From an uncultured bacterium (GTDB lineage: Bacteria > Chloroflexota > UBA5177 > JANWHV01): DNA of 64,000 bases. Location of the stretch: NCBI GenBank assembly GCA_963827235.1, contig CAWHAE010000014.1:224001-288000 (forward strand). The letters run 5' to 3'. Every line of letters starts with the position of its first letter. Position 1 is the stretch's first letter. Of this stretch, positions 45,334-56,341 are shown piece by piece. The translations under genes and the position numbers were made by a program. Under the pieces are notes generated by a model. It saw only the letters and a program-made list of their open reading frames with translations, was not told the DNA's origin and made no database searches.

Positions 45334-46347
45334 CTAGAAGTGGAACTTGTCGATGTTGGTCTTGTCAAATACGGTCGGAGGCCCGAGCACGACCACGTTG
45401 TTGGCGCCGATCGTGTACGCACCGAGTCCGGGCACCGTGAACTTCTCGCCCACTTTGCCGGTGATCGTGCCGGCCACGAGGTCATGCGCGACGTATTCAG
45501 CCAGGTAGCCCAGGTTGCCCGGATCCCACAGCGCGAAGGCAGGAACCTGTCCGCCCTTCACATAGCCGCGCATGTCGTTAGGCGTTCCCAGACCGGTGAC
45601 CAGTACTTTACCCGTCTTGCCGGCCACTTTAACCGCTTGAGCTGCCGCGAGGATACCTATCGTGGTCGGCGAGATGATGCCTTTGAGGTTGGGATAGCTG
45701 GTGAGCAGGCCGTTGGCTTCGGTCGTGCTCTTGTTCGGATCATCGTTGCCGTAGGCGATCTTGACCAGCGTCATGTTCTTGTACTTGGGCAGAGCCAGCT
45801 CCTGCTTCATGAAGCCGATCCAGGCGTTCTGATTGGTCGCCGTGGTGGTCGCGCTCAGAATGGCAACCTGACCCGTGTAGTTCAGCAGCTTGCCGATGAT
45901 CTGAACCTCGATGCGGCCAATCTGCTCGGTGTCCGCCTGATTGACGAACACGTTGCGCGCACCGACCGGATCGGAGTCATAGCCGACGACCTTGATCCCC
46001 TTGGCCATTGCCTTTTGCAGAGAGGCCTTGATCGCGCCGGGATCGTTGGCCGAGACGACGATCGCGTCGGCGTGCTCAGTGATGAGCTGGTCTACGTACT
46101 GCGTCTGCGTGGTGGTGCTGCTGGAGGTCGGCCCGACCATCTTCAGAGTGTCGCCGAGCGCCTTGTTGGCGCGAAGGCTGCCGTTATAGGCGGTGGTGAA
46201 GTACGGATTATCGGTCGTCTTCGGCAGCACGAATACCTTGTAGGGTTTCGCCGCGTGAGCGATGTGCATTGCCGCCTGGGGCACGGCCGTTGCGGCCACG
46301 CTGCCAACGAGAACCGCGGCACAGAGAACGCGAGTGTACCGGCGCAT
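45334..46347 (-). CDS. rhaS: Rhamnose ABC transporter substrate-binding protein
   Basis: Signal peptide; PK..DNPYF, ATNQNAWI, YGNDD, ISPTT.G, TGLGTPN, ALWDP, NIDKFHF. Confidence 0.9.
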   Translation of the reverse strand: MRRYTRVLCAAVLVGSVAATAVPQAAMHIAHAAKPYKVFVLPKTTDNPYFTTAYNGSLRANKALGDTLKMVGPTSSSTTTQTQYVDQLITEHADAIVVSANDPGAIKASLQKAMAKGIKVVGYDSDPVGARNVFVNQADTEQIGRIEVQIIGKLLNYTGQVAILSATTTATNQNAWIGFMKQELALPKYKNMTLVKIAYGNDDPNKSTTEANGLLTSYPNLKGIISPTTIGILAAAQAVKVAGKTGKVLVTGLGTPNDMRGYVKGGQVPAFALWDPGNLGYLAEYVAHDLVAGTITGKVGEKFTVPGLGAYTIGANNVVVLGPPTVFDKTNIDKFHF

Positions 46348-46435
46348 ACTACGAATACTCCTTTATTGATGGACGGCGCAAGCACGCATGTGGTGCTTTG
46401 CAATTACATGCACCTTCCCGATTGTAACCTTCCTG

Positions 46436-47524
46436 TCAGTCGCCTCCTTTCATTGCCACCCGGCGCAATCCCAGGCGCTGCGCCACTCTAGGGCCAAGTA
46501 TGGAGAGGATGAGCAGAGCGCCGATGACGATGGTCTGGTCCTGGTCGCCGATATTGGCAAGACCCATACCATTGCGCAGAATGCCGATCAGGAAGAGGGC
46601 GAGGACCGTGCCTCCCATGCTGCCCGAGCCGCCGTTGATGTCGGTGCCGCCCAGCACCACCGCAGTGATCACGTCGAGCTCAAACCCGGTACCCATGTCC
46701 CATCGAGCGCTACCCTGCCGCGACGCGTAGATCAGTCCGGCCATGGCGGCGAACAGGCCGGACACGGTGTAGATCGCTATCTTGATCCTGTCTACCGCGA
46801 TACCGGAATATCGGCACGCGTCCTCATTGTTGCCTATGGCGTATACGAGTCGTCCGAAACTCGTGCGGTGGAGAAGCAGAGCGAACACGATCGCAAGGAC
46901 GATGAAGATCAACAGCGGCCAGGGTACCATGTCGCCGAACGGCAGCAGCGGCTTCACTCCGATGTAGCCCTGGCCCAGATTGTTGAAGCTGTCCGGGAAG
47001 GAGCTGACCGCGCGGTCGCCCAGGATGACCTGGGCCAGGCCGCGATAGAGCGCCATGGTGCCCAGTGTCACCACAAGCGGATGCAGCTTGATGCGCGTCG
47101 TGATTGCGCCGTTGGCGAAGCCCGCCACCAGGCCGATCGCCAGCGCCAGCAAAATGCTCACGCCCAGGTCTCCCGAGGTCGAGTAATGCAGACCGAACGA
47201 GACCCCCGCCAGCGCCATGACCGACGAGATAGAAAGGTCGATGCCTCCCGTGATGATGATCAGGGTCATGGGTAGGGCCATGATGGCTTTCTCCATGAAC
47301 TGGGACGTCATGTCGAAGAGGTTAGACCAATCCAGGAAGTAGGGAGACAGGTAGGTCGACCAAGCCCCGGCGACCACGATCAGCACCACTAACAATACTT
47401 CCCAGCGCATGAGGGTGTGGAGGGCAACTCGACCCAGTGCCGGCCCGTCGCCGGCCGGTGCCTTGTCGTCGGCTGCTGCCGGGGAAGCAGCAACACCGGA
47501 GTCGTGCTGGTGCCGCGCGCTCAT
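46436..47524 (-). CDS. Rhamnose ABC transporter permease
   Basis: IDLSISS, VVTLGTMALYRG, FELDVITAVVLGG. Confidence 0.92.
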   Translation of the reverse strand: MSARHQHDSGVAASPAAADDKAPAGDGPALGRVALHTLMRWEVLLVVLIVVAGAWSTYLSPYFLDWSNLFDMTSQFMEKAIMALPMTLIIITGGIDLSISSVMALAGVSFGLHYSTSGDLGVSILLALAIGLVAGFANGAITTRIKLHPLVVTLGTMALYRGLAQVILGDRAVSSFPDSFNNLGQGYIGVKPLLPFGDMVPWPLLIFIVLAIVFALLLHRTSFGRLVYAIGNNEDACRYSGIAVDRIKIAIYTVSGLFAAMAGLIYASRQGSARWDMGTGFELDVITAVVLGGTDINGGSGSMGGTVLALFLIGILRNGMGLANIGDQDQTIVIGALLILSILGPRVAQRLGLRRVAMKGGD

Positions 47525-48579
47525 CGCCGTACTCCCTGCAGAAGACGTTGCAGCCGGTGGCTGATCAGCGCATCCGAGACCACCGCCGCCAGAATGATCA
47601 TGCCCGTGATTGCCTGAGACCAGAATTCGGAGAGATTGAGCAGGGCAAGTGCGTTCTGCACCACGCCCAGGAGAAGGCAGCCTAAAATCGTGCCCAATAT
47701 GCTGCCGCTACCGCCGGCTATCGTGGTACCCCCGATCACCACGGAGGCGATCACCGTGAGCTCAAACCCGTTGCCGGCACCGGCCGTTATCGTACCGTAG
47801 TCCGCCCCGTAGAGGAAACCTCCCAGACCGGACAGCGCACCTGACAGCACGAAGACGAGAAACACGATGCGATTCACCTTAACACCGGCCAGGCGAGCCG
47901 CCAGCGCGTTGCTGCCCACCGCGTAGATCTGCCGGCCCGTACGCGTGCTGTGCAAGAAATACGCGGCAATGATGGCAAGCACCGCCGGGAAGATGACCAG
48001 CCAGCGGATGCTGAACACAATTCCCCCCGGCAACGGCAGGGAGACGGCGTTGGTGCCTGCGAGGTTGAGATAGCTTCCCGGCAGGTCGCCGCTGACCACC
48101 TCGCCTCCGCCACTGGCGATGGACTGGATGCCGTGGTAGATGTTCAGCGTGCCCAACGTGGCAATGATCGCCGGCACGCCGCCCACCGCCACGAGCAGAC
48201 CGTTCGCGGCGCCCAGCGCACTGCCTATCGCCACGCAGATCACCACTGCCAGGGCCAGGGACATTCCGGGATGCGCCTTCAGTAGCTGGGCCACGATCAT
48301 CACCGTTACGCCCATATTGGCCGCCACCGACAGGTCGATTTGCTTGGCCAGGATCACCATCGTCTCGCCGAGCGCAAGCGTGGCTAGGATGGCGATGGCG
48401 AGCAGAATATTGCGGAAGTTCTCGGTAGTGAGGAAGGTCGAGTTGCCCACGCTCACCACTGCCATGAGCAGCAGCAACGCTACGATGATCCCTGCCTCAC
48501 GCAGGCGCGCGACCCAGATGATGACGGAGCTGCCGCGATCCAGGGCGACGTCGCCGCCGGCAGCGCTTCCGGCGATCAT
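47521..48579 (-). CDS. Rhamnose ABC transporter permease
   Basis: IDLSVAA, IATLGT, GRQIYAVGSN, FELTVIASVVIGG. Confidence 0.92.
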   Translation of the reverse strand: MIAGSAAGGDVALDRGSSVIIWVARLREAGIIVALLLLMAVVSVGNSTFLTTENFRNILLAIAILATLALGETMVILAKQIDLSVAANMGVTVMIVAQLLKAHPGMSLALAVVICVAIGSALGAANGLLVAVGGVPAIIATLGTLNIYHGIQSIASGGGEVVSGDLPGSYLNLAGTNAVSLPLPGGIVFSIRWLVIFPAVLAIIAAYFLHSTRTGRQIYAVGSNALAARLAGVKVNRIVFLVFVLSGALSGLGGFLYGADYGTITAGAGNGFELTVIASVVIGGTTIAGGSGSILGTILGCLLLGVVQNALALLNLSEFWSQAITGMIILAAVVSDALISHRLQRLLQGVRR

Positions 48580-50093
48580 GAAGCGACTCCTTCTGTCGTG
48601 GTCTGACCGGCGGCGGCGGACATGATCGATTCCTGAGTGGCCTCCTCGCGGCTGAAGCGCCCGGCAATGCGACCGCCTCGCATAACCAGGATTCGATCGC
48701 TCATCGCCAGTACCTCGGGAAGTTCCGACGAGATCATCAGAATGGCCAGTCCCTGTCCGGCCAGCTCGCCCATGAGTCGGTGCACCTCCGCCTTTGCTCC
48801 CACGTCGATGCCGCGCGTCGGCTCGTCCAGGATCAGCACCTTCGGCCGCGTGGCCAGCCACTTCGCAAGCACTACCTTCTGCTGGTTGCCGCCCGACAGC
48901 TCTCGTACCCGCTGGCGCACGCCTGACATGCGAATACGCAGTCGCGACTCGTATTCTTCGGTCACCAGCCGCTCCCGATTGTCACGTGTCCATCCCGCGG
49001 CGCTCACTTCGCGCAAGATGGTCAGAGTGACGTTGTGCTGGATCGTCATCGGCGTGACGAGCCCGAACGTGCCGCGATCCTCGGGCACGTAGGCCAGGCC
49101 TAAACGCACGGCCTGCCGAGCGCTGCGGATAGTTAGAGCCTTGCCCTCGAGCGATACATGGCCGCTATCCGGCTTATCGATGCCGAAGATCGCCCGCGCC
49201 ACTTCCGTGCGCCCCGCTCCCACGAGGCCCGCCAGACCCACGATCTCGCCGTGGCGCACGTCCAGGTCGATGTTCTGGAACACGCGACCCCGGCTCAGTC
49301 CGCGCACTTCCAGGCATGGTGCGCCGACCAGGCGCTCGCCCCGCTCGAACAGCACGCTGAGCGGTCTACCGACCATGAGCTGTACCAACCTCTCCGGCGA
49401 AGCTTCGGCGCGGGGCATGCTGGCCACCTGCTGTCCGTCGCGCAGCACTGTGATCCGGCTGGCGATCTCCAACACTTCGTCGAGCCGATGGCTGATAAAG
49501 ACGACCGCTGCGCCGCTGGCCCGCAGGCGCTCCACGATGGCAAACAGGTCGCGTACCTCGCGTGGCGTCAGGGCGGCGGTCGGCTCGTCCATGATCAGCA
49601 CTCGCGCGTTCATGGACAGCGCCTTCGCCACCTCGACCATCTGTTGATCGGCAATGCTCAGGCCCCGTACTTTGTCGCGGGCACCGATGGAGACGCCGAG
49701 ATTGTCCAGAATAGCCTGTACCGAGGTGTTCATCGGCTGCCAGCGAATCCTGTGCATGCGGTCTACCGGCTGCCGGCGCATTAGCACGTTTTCGGCTACG
49801 CTCAGGTCCGGGAACAGCGTGGGCTCCTGGTAGATCACCGCCACGCCATACGCCTGGGCGGCCGATGGCGAGCCGATATCGGCCGCCTTACCGTCCACGT
49901 AGACGTGGCCGGTGTCCGGGTGATGCACACCCGCCAGAACCTTGATCAATGTCGACTTGCCGGCACCGTTCTCGCCGACCAGGGCATGCACCTCGCCGCC
50001 ATAGACCTCGAAGCCCACGTCGCGCAGTGCGTGCACGCCGGCAAACGACTTGCTGATGTTCTCCAGCCGCAGTATAGGCACCGCGCCTTGCAT
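48576..50093 (-). CDS. Sugar ABC transporter ATP-binding protein (two domains)
   Basis: [34 protein letters not shown]. Confidence 0.95.
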   Translation of the reverse strand: MQGAVPILRLENISKSFAGVHALRDVGFEVYGGEVHALVGENGAGKSTLIKVLAGVHHPDTGHVYVDGKAADIGSPSAAQAYGVAVIYQEPTLFPDLSVAENVLMRRQPVDRMHRIRWQPMNTSVQAILDNLGVSIGARDKVRGLSIADQQMVEVAKALSMNARVLIMDEPTAALTPREVRDLFAIVERLRASGAAVVFISHRLDEVLEIASRITVLRDGQQVASMPRAEASPERLVQLMVGRPLSVLFERGERLVGAPCLEVRGLSRGRVFQNIDLDVRHGEIVGLAGLVGAGRTEVARAIFGIDKPDSGHVSLEGKALTIRSARQAVRLGLAYVPEDRGTFGLVTPMTIQHNVTLTILREVSAAGWTRDNRERLVTEEYESRLRIRMSGVRQRVRELSGGNQQKVVLAKWLATRPKVLILDEPTRGIDVGAKAEVHRLMGELAGQGLAILMISSELPEVLAMSDRILVMRGGRIAGRFSREEATQESIMSAAAGQTTTEGVAS

Positions 50094-50403
50094 CTACTCC
50101 TCCAAGAAACGCCGCGGCATCACCCAGCGACCGCTGCCAACACTGCCCATGGGTTCGGTATCGCCGCACGCGTCCCAACGGTCCGCGCCGGCCACGCCCC
50201 AGGACGGAAACCACAGGTGAAACGCTGCGAAAACAATAACACTGTTGAGCACTGTCGTCAAATTGTCGTCGTATCATGAGCGCTGGTGTGAGTTTTGTTT
50301 CGACACTACTGGTCGAGCCGGGCACGCGGGCAAGCCCGCGCCGGCCTCATTCCCATCCCAACAAGTCGAGCGGCGGCTTCCAGGTCACCGGCAACCTGCT
50401 GAC

Positions 50404-51210
50404 TCAGGCACTCTGAGCGGCATCCGTGGACCTAGCTGCCACACAGGCTAGCCGCACCTCGATGCCTGCTTCCCGCAACTGCTCCACGATCTGGGGATTG
50501 GCCCCGTCGTCGGTTACCAGTACCGAGATTGCCTCCACGGGAGCGAAGACGCTCAACGCCGTGCGCTCGAGCTTGGTGCTGTCGGCAAGCGTCACGACTC
50601 TGGCGGCGTTTCGAACCATGATCTCCTTCAGAGAAGCCTCCGAGACGTTGGCCTCGGTCAGACCGTGATGCAGCGACAACGCTCGCACGGAGATGAACGC
50701 AGTGTCCACGTAGAGACGCCTGAGCGCATTTTCGGCGATCGGCCCGCTGAAAGAGAGAGACGTGTGCCTGAGCGTACCGCCGAGCATGGTAAGTGAGACC
50801 TGCGATCGACGACTGAGCTCGGTGCCTATGGGCAGTGCGTTGACCACCGCGGTGAGCTGGATGCTCGGCGACAGCACACGAGCCAACTCGAGGATCGTGG
50901 TCGACGCATCCATAATCACGGTTGTGCCCGGCTGCACCAGGTCCAGCGCCGCCTCGGCCAGCGCGCGCTTCTGGATCATATGCTCCGACTCACGCGTCAG
51001 AAAGGCACGCTCGCGACCGGACTGGTCGTCCTCTCGCGCCACGGCGCCGCCGTACCGCCGCGTGATCAGACCCTTCTGCTCCAGGTATTGCAGGTCTCGG
51101 CGTACCGTCTGCGGCGACACGGCAAATCGATGTGCCAGCACGTCGACCGTAAGTACCGGGGTCTGCTCCAGCAGCTCCGCGAGAGCCATTCGCCTCTCAA
51201 ACGCCAGCAC
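50404..51210 (-). CDS. DeoR/GlpR-family regulator (probable rhamnose regulator)
   Basis: VSPQTVRRDL, DASTT, LADSTK. Confidence 0.92.
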   Translation of the reverse strand: MLAFERRMALAELLEQTPVLTVDVLAHRFAVSPQTVRRDLQYLEQKGLITRRYGGAVAREDDQSGRERAFLTRESEHMIQKRALAEAALDLVQPGTTVIMDASTTILELARVLSPSIQLTAVVNALPIGTELSRRSQVSLTMLGGTLRHTSLSFSGPIAENALRRLYVDTAFISVRALSLHHGLTEANVSEASLKEIMVRNAARVVTLADSTKLERTALSVFAPVEAISVLVTDDGANPQIVEQLREAGIEVRLACVAARSTDAAQSA

Positions 51211-51667
51211 CTGGGACCTCCTCTACTCGCGGAGGCTCGTCCAGCGACGAGTATGGTGGCCGGGCGCACCACATGCTTCGCCCACGCCCACGCTCGCAGC
51301 GGTCACGCTCAGCTCTGCTCATCAGCGACCATAATAGCACGAAATGTTATCAGAAGTCATCGCTCGTCGGCGGGCCGGCTTGGGCTCCTCGGCTTCTCGG
51401 AGCCCGGCCACGCCTGTACGTGCGTCATCGGTGAAGCGCGGCAAAGAAGCTCGCGTTGTCTCGCCATACACGATCGTGTGGGCGAAATCCAAGATGCGCC
51501 CGAGTGCGCGACCCATCGCAGCTTGCCTGCGCTCCAGTATCAAGCAGCCGGAGCGAGCGAACCGCTCGCGCTCTCGGGCCGAGTTGGCTTCCAGGAGACT
51601 TCGCCGGCGGCATCGTTCATCGGGGGGAAGCTCCGGCTTTGCTTGCCGGTGTCGCCGGGCGCCGAGC

Positions 51668-52666
51668 TCACTCCGCTACGGCGCGCTTGGCTTCGGGCAG
51701 AGCAGAGTATTCGGCGCGGTCCGCGCACGGCCTGGACCGCAGGAACGCCGCAACGCCGCCGCTCTGCGACGCCGGCACGGCTATCTCCAGCCTGTGACGC
51801 GACTCCGCCGGACCCAGCTCGCACACGAGCGTTGCCTGCTTCCCGCGGTTGCGCAGCTCGGCAGAGACCAGCTTGTCCGGCCGAAGCAGCCAGGCGTCGC
51901 AGCCGTCTTCGGCTGGTTGCAGTATCCGGCGAGGTGCGTCTCGCACCAACAGGATCTGCTGCTCCGCCTGAGCGATCATCAGCGGCGGCGCTTCCGGCAC
52001 CAGGAACGAGAGAGCGCCGTACCGGCCTACTACCGGCACGGCCGGCGGTGCCAGCAATCGCTTCAGTCCACCCTCGCCCGCCAGAAACTTCCGCAGGAAG
52101 TAGCGGTGGCGATGGTCGAGATCGGGGATCGCCCGCCCGGCTTCGTAGCGGTCCTCCTCATTGCCTGTCGTTCCGGCCGTCGCTCCCTGTCCCACCAGCC
52201 GTGCCCATGACGCGCGGATAGCGACCAGTGCTTCGAGCACTGTGGGCTCGTGTACCCCGTTGTACCGCACGGTGATGCGCCGGGGCTCGGCGATCGTGGC
52301 GACCGCGAGACTGAGCGCGCAGTCGAGAAGGTGGGATCGAAGCTCGATCGAGACGATATCCGCTATCGCACACGACGCGGCGGCGCATTGCCCCGGTGTG
52401 CCGGTCGATGCGCGATCTTCGGGGTCGTCGAGCACCAGCACCCTCGTGCCAGTGACGATCAGTGCGCGGCCTGGTGCCACAGCGCGGCGGCCGGGCGCCG
52501 CGCGATGCCAGCGGACATTGCCGGGATCGCGAACCTCGAGTAGATAGACCGTCGCCAGCACCGGCTCAGAGGGAGAAAGATGCCACTCGGCCAGGTCTTT
52601 GAGCGAAGCCGGCAGCCGATCGAGCGATCCGCGGCCGGCTGTCGACCGGCATGTGCTATCAGCCAT
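51668..52666 (-). CDS. Hypothetical protein, possibly two tandem PH-like beta domains
   Basis: 332-aa ORF overlapping the USP stop; two similar halves (LIVT..RVLVL...IVSIEL / LMIA...ILLV...LVSAEL). Confidence 0.6.
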   Translation of the reverse strand: MADSTCRSTAGRGSLDRLPASLKDLAEWHLSPSEPVLATVYLLEVRDPGNVRWHRAAPGRRAVAPGRALIVTGTRVLVLDDPEDRASTGTPGQCAAASCAIADIVSIELRSHLLDCALSLAVATIAEPRRITVRYNGVHEPTVLEALVAIRASWARLVGQGATAGTTGNEEDRYEAGRAIPDLDHRHRYFLRKFLAGEGGLKRLLAPPAVPVVGRYGALSFLVPEAPPLMIAQAEQQILLVRDAPRRILQPAEDGCDAWLLRPDKLVSAELRNRGKQATLVCELGPAESRHRLEIAVPASQSGGVAAFLRSRPCADRAEYSALPEAKRAVAE

Positions 52667-53552
52667 CTGCTGGAAAGGCGTCGTGCTCGTTCCGGTGCGC
52701 CGAGGCCGCCGCCAACCCGGTTCGCACCAGCAGCACGGCCCGCGCCTTCTCGTGCAACAAGCGCTCTGCCACCGTGCTCGCGAACCAGTGCGTCAGCGGT
52801 GCGTGGGCGTGCGTGGCCATGATCAGCAGGTGCCCGGACCGGGCCAGGGAGCCGAGCGCCGGCACCGCCGAGCCCACCAGCACGTGGCGCCCCGCGATAT
52901 GAAGGCCCTTTGCCGCAAGCCTGGCTTCAACGTCTACCAGGTAGCGCTCAGCGGCCAACTCTTGCTCTGGGTCCCGCACCACCCGAACGAGGCTCACCTG
53001 ACGCACCAGGGCGGGCATGAGCGCCGGAAGCACGTCGAGCACGGTCTCATGCTCCGCCGACCCGTCCAGCGGCACCAGGGCATGCATGAGATCCGCCGGA
53101 TCGGCGCAGCCGCCTGCCAGGAGAATGGGTGCCGTGCCGTGACGCAGCAGCTGCGTGGTCACGGAGCCCAGGGCCAGCCGCGCCGGTCCGCCATGTCCAT
53201 GTACCCCCAGCACGACCAGATCAATCCCGCACTCCTGCTCGTAGAGCAAGAGCTGGGGAGCGGCCAGGCCGGCCAGGGCATTTGTCTGAACGGTCACGCC
53301 GCCGGCCGCCAGGCGCGAGCGCACGTGGTCCAGATAGTTGACGGCCGCGCGTTCGTCCGCCGCTTGGGCGGAATCGTAGGTCGACTGCGGCAGGTATGCT
53401 CCGGTAATGGCCCAGGGTAGCTGCGGTAGAGGGACTACGCGCACGAGATGGACGAGACCGCAGCTGGATTGCGCCAGCTTGCGGGCGATCGGCAATGCGT
53501 GCTCGGCCTCTGACGAGCCATCGAGCGGCACCAAGAGCTGTCGGAACACCAT
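52659..53552 (-). CDS. Universal stress protein, two UspA domains
   Basis: LVPLDGS twice; GSVTTQLL and STVAERLL. Confidence 0.92.
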   Translation of the reverse strand: MVFRQLLVPLDGSSEAEHALPIARKLAQSSCGLVHLVRVVPLPQLPWAITGAYLPQSTYDSAQAADERAAVNYLDHVRSRLAAGGVTVQTNALAGLAAPQLLLYEQECGIDLVVLGVHGHGGPARLALGSVTTQLLRHGTAPILLAGGCADPADLMHALVPLDGSAEHETVLDVLPALMPALVRQVSLVRVVRDPEQELAAERYLVDVEARLAAKGLHIAGRHVLVGSAVPALGSLARSGHLLIMATHAHAPLTHWFASTVAERLLHEKARAVLLVRTGLAAASAHRNEHDAFPADG

Positions 53553-53617
53553 CAACGCTACTCCAGACGGCCTGCCTGCGCGCCAGGCGACAAAGCACAC
53601 GCGCCAACAGTTGGTGC

Positions 53618-53630
53618 TTGTATAATACAA
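53618..53630. promoter_or_regulatory. Probable MarR operator between divergent usp and marR
   Basis: Palindrome TTGTAT-A-ATACAA containing TATAAT; second degenerate copy near 53637-53654. Confidence 0.6.
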
Positions 53631-53731
53631 CTAAATGCGTGTACCCTGCAAGCAATACTTTCGGCGATCCGACTGGTAGTGAACGGCGTTACGAAGTTGT
53701 CACGGCAGCGCGAGCGTGAGGATTCAGGGAT

Positions 53732-54277
53732 GTGAGGGACGTGCAACACCTTGCCGATCCCGTCGAGGTGGTGGCCCACGAGCTCGCGGTGGTCGTACGG
53801 CGCGCCGAGTCGGCGCGACTGCGGGCCCAGCCGCTCGATCGGTCCGCCTATCTGCTTCTGGACGCCGTGGTGGAGAGCGAAGCCCCGGCGCTCGGCTCCC
53901 TGGCGGATCTCTTCCAGCTCGATCTCTCCACGGTCAGCCGGCAGGTTGCGACGCTGGAAGCCAAAGGCCTGGTGGAGCGGGGCGCCGACCCCGGTGATGG
54001 TCGTGTGACCCAGCTGAGCATCACTCGGGAAGGCTCGAGCCAGCTGCAGATTACTCGCGCCGCCCGGCACGACTTCTTTACCAAGCTCCTTGCCGACTGG
54101 AGTGACGAGGACATCCGCTCGCTTGGCGAGGCCCTCCATCACCTGAACCTGTGCATGGCTCGCCTTGGCAAGCTGCCGGTCTCGCTCTCGGCACCCTCTC
54201 GGCGCCGGCGAAAGATTCCGCGTTCCCGAACAACCGCCTCCGGCTCGCCGCCGCCCCGCTCACAGGCGGCTCGGTGA
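53732..54277 (+). CDS. MarR-family transcriptional regulator
   Basis: LDLSTVSRQVATLEAKGLVER..DPGDGR. Confidence 0.9.
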   Translation: MRDVQHLADPVEVVAHELAVVVRRAESARLRAQPLDRSAYLLLDAVVESEAPALGSLADLFQLDLSTVSRQVATLEAKGLVERGADPGDGRVTQLSITREGSSQLQITRAARHDFFTKLLADWSDEDIRSLGEALHHLNLCMARLGKLPVSLSAPSRRRRKIPRSRTTASGSPPPRSQAAR

Positions 54278-54392
54278 CCCGGGTACTCCGGTGCTCCATA
54301 CGGCGGGTATTATAAAACGTGGGTGGACGGCCGGCATCGCGGAGCCGGTCGGAACGTGACGCGCGCGCCAGACCAGTGGAAGGATTGACCAC

Positions 54393-55217
54393 ATGGCTCT
54401 GCAGGAACCATTCCCGAGCCTGGACGAGATACTCACCAGCATCGGACAGGCCGGATTGCGTGCGAGCGACATCGAGGCAAGCGAGGGCGCCGCGGGCAAT
54501 ATCTCGATCTGCGCCGGCTGGCCTCTCGAGGTGCGCCGCCATTTCCCGCTCGTGGAGCAGATCGAGCTGCCCGAAGCGGCACCGGCCCTGGCCGGGCACG
54601 TGCTTATCGTCACCGGGTCGGGGCGGCGTCTCCGCGATCTGCATACGGATCCGGTAGCGAACTTGGGCGCCGTGGTCGTCGACGCGCAAGGTCGCGGCGC
54701 GAAGCTCTATACCTCCACTCGACGCTTGTTCGAGACCTTGACCAGCGAGTTCAACTCTCACCTGGCGGTTCATGATGCACTGGTCGCCCAGACCGGCACC
54801 AACTTCCACGCCTTGGTCCACGCGCAGCCGCCGCATCTCGTCTATCTGAGCCATGTCGCAGCCTATCGCGACCAGGCCGTGCTCAACCAGAGGCTGCTGC
54901 GCTGGGAGCCGGAGACCATCGTCAACCTTCCCGAAGGGATCGGAGTGCTGCCGTTCATGCTGCCGGGATCCGCGGACCTCATGAAGGCCAATGTGGCCAA
55001 GCTGCTTGAGCATCGAATCGTCCTCTGGAGCAAACACGGCGTCATGGCCAGATCCGACCTCTCAGTGACGCGCGCTGCGGACCGCATCGACTATGCCGAG
55101 TCGGCCGCACGCTTCGAGTACATGGACCTCGCCTCGGGAGGCAGGGCGGATGGCCTGACAGGCGAAGAGCTGCAGGCAGTCGTGAAGGCGTTCAAAGTCA
55201 ACACGACGCTCGTCTGA
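54393..55217 (+). CDS. rhaD: Class II aldolase, rhamnulose-1-phosphate aldolase-like
   Basis: EGAAGNIS, VTGSG, TSEFNSH, HAQP, WSKHG. Confidence 0.8.
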   Translation: MALQEPFPSLDEILTSIGQAGLRASDIEASEGAAGNISICAGWPLEVRRHFPLVEQIELPEAAPALAGHVLIVTGSGRRLRDLHTDPVANLGAVVVDAQGRGAKLYTSTRRLFETLTSEFNSHLAVHDALVAQTGTNFHALVHAQPPHLVYLSHVAAYRDQAVLNQRLLRWEPETIVNLPEGIGVLPFMLPGSADLMKANVAKLLEHRIVLWSKHGVMARSDLSVTRAADRIDYAESAARFEYMDLASGGRADGLTGEELQAVVKAFKVNTTLV

Positions 55218-55249
55218 GATCGCTTCCGGTACCGGGCACCTGTTTCACA

Positions 55250-56083
55250 CTAACGGCCGCAGGAGCCGCTCGTCTCAGCGACGTACACCGCGCAGGGCAC
55301 GCGGCGCAGCTCGTCCAACTCCTCTTGGGGCGCTGCGCAGTCTGTAATCAGGGCGTCTATGCTCTCGATTCCCGTCACGCGGTGCACGGCCACGCGGCCG
55401 AGCTTGCTGCTGTCCGCCAGTACGAGCACGCGATCGGCGCGGCTCAGGATGCTGCGCTTGAGCGCCGCTTCGCCGGCGTGCGCCTCCATCAGCCCGAGCC
55501 GGTGATGGATGGCCCGCGCCGACATCAGCACCGTGTTGACCGCCATATGCCCCAGCATCTCCTCGGCCAGTGGACCTCCAAAGGACCGTGAGGAATGCCG
55601 GAACTCGCCCCCGACGACCATCAGCCGCGCGCCCGGCAGTCGAGATACCTCGACCGCGGCGGGCAATGAGGTCACCACGACGTCGCCCGTCCAGTCGGTC
55701 GGCAGCAGCCCGACCAGCGCCAGTACCGTGGTCGATGCATCGAGGTACAGACTCTCGCCCTGTCGGAGCAGTCCGAGAGCCAGATGCGCGATCGCCGTCT
55801 TCGCGGTTGAGTGCTGGCTCTGCCGCGACAGAAATGCGGGCTCGCTCAGATTCAAGGCGTCGCGCGTCACGGCGCCGCCGTGCGTGCGCCGAACCAATCC
55901 CTTGCGCTCCAAGCGTGCCAGGTCGCGGCGGATCGTTTGCTCGGACACCCCGAACCGCCTCGCCAGATCGTCCAGCGCTACCGCGTCCGTGGCAGCAAGC
56001 AGTGCCGCGACCTGAAGCTGCCGTTGTTCAGGCAGGAGACGCGATTCATCGGCCACCCGCGGCCCTCCGCTCCCGAGGATCAT
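55250..56083 (-). CDS. DeoR/GlpR-family regulator
   Basis: VSEQTIRRDL, RTHGGA, DASTT, LADSSK. Confidence 0.92.
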   Translation of the reverse strand: MILGSGGPRVADESRLLPEQRQLQVAALLAATDAVALDDLARRFGVSEQTIRRDLARLERKGLVRRTHGGAVTRDALNLSEPAFLSRQSQHSTAKTAIAHLALGLLRQGESLYLDASTTVLALVGLLPTDWTGDVVVTSLPAAVEVSRLPGARLMVVGGEFRHSSRSFGGPLAEEMLGHMAVNTVLMSARAIHHRLGLMEAHAGEAALKRSILSRADRVLVLADSSKLGRVAVHRVTGIESIDALITDCAAPQEELDELRRVPCAVYVAETSGSCGR

Positions 56084-56341
56084 GTCATGCTACCGCGCCT
56101 TAGTCAGTCGGCATTATACCAACTTGCGACAGGAGTTGACATCAAGTTACGAATTGTTACAGATCTTGACGCCCGAAACTCGGCCGCGGCAACCTCCCGG
56201 ACGACAAGGCCCTCCAACCATGCGGCAGATTCTGAAGATGGAGGAGGGACAATGGCTTGCGCACGGCGGGCACGATACTCCGTGCTCGGCGAATGGCACA
56301 GATTGGGATCCTGCGGGTATCCTCTTGACGGGAGGACTGCC

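Noticed and set aside
51322-51660. Possible small minus-strand ORF downstream of the hypothetical gene
   Set aside because: No clear start, RBS or motif
56165-56335. SAM riboswitch upstream of metB
   Set aside because: Only GGCAACC and GAAGATG fragments are present; the ATC.AGAG P1/P2 core of SAM-I or SAM-IV could not be built
55811-56341. 177-aa N-terminal extension of metB
   Set aside because: Overlaps the divergent DeoR gene and promoter; the RBS supports ATG 56342
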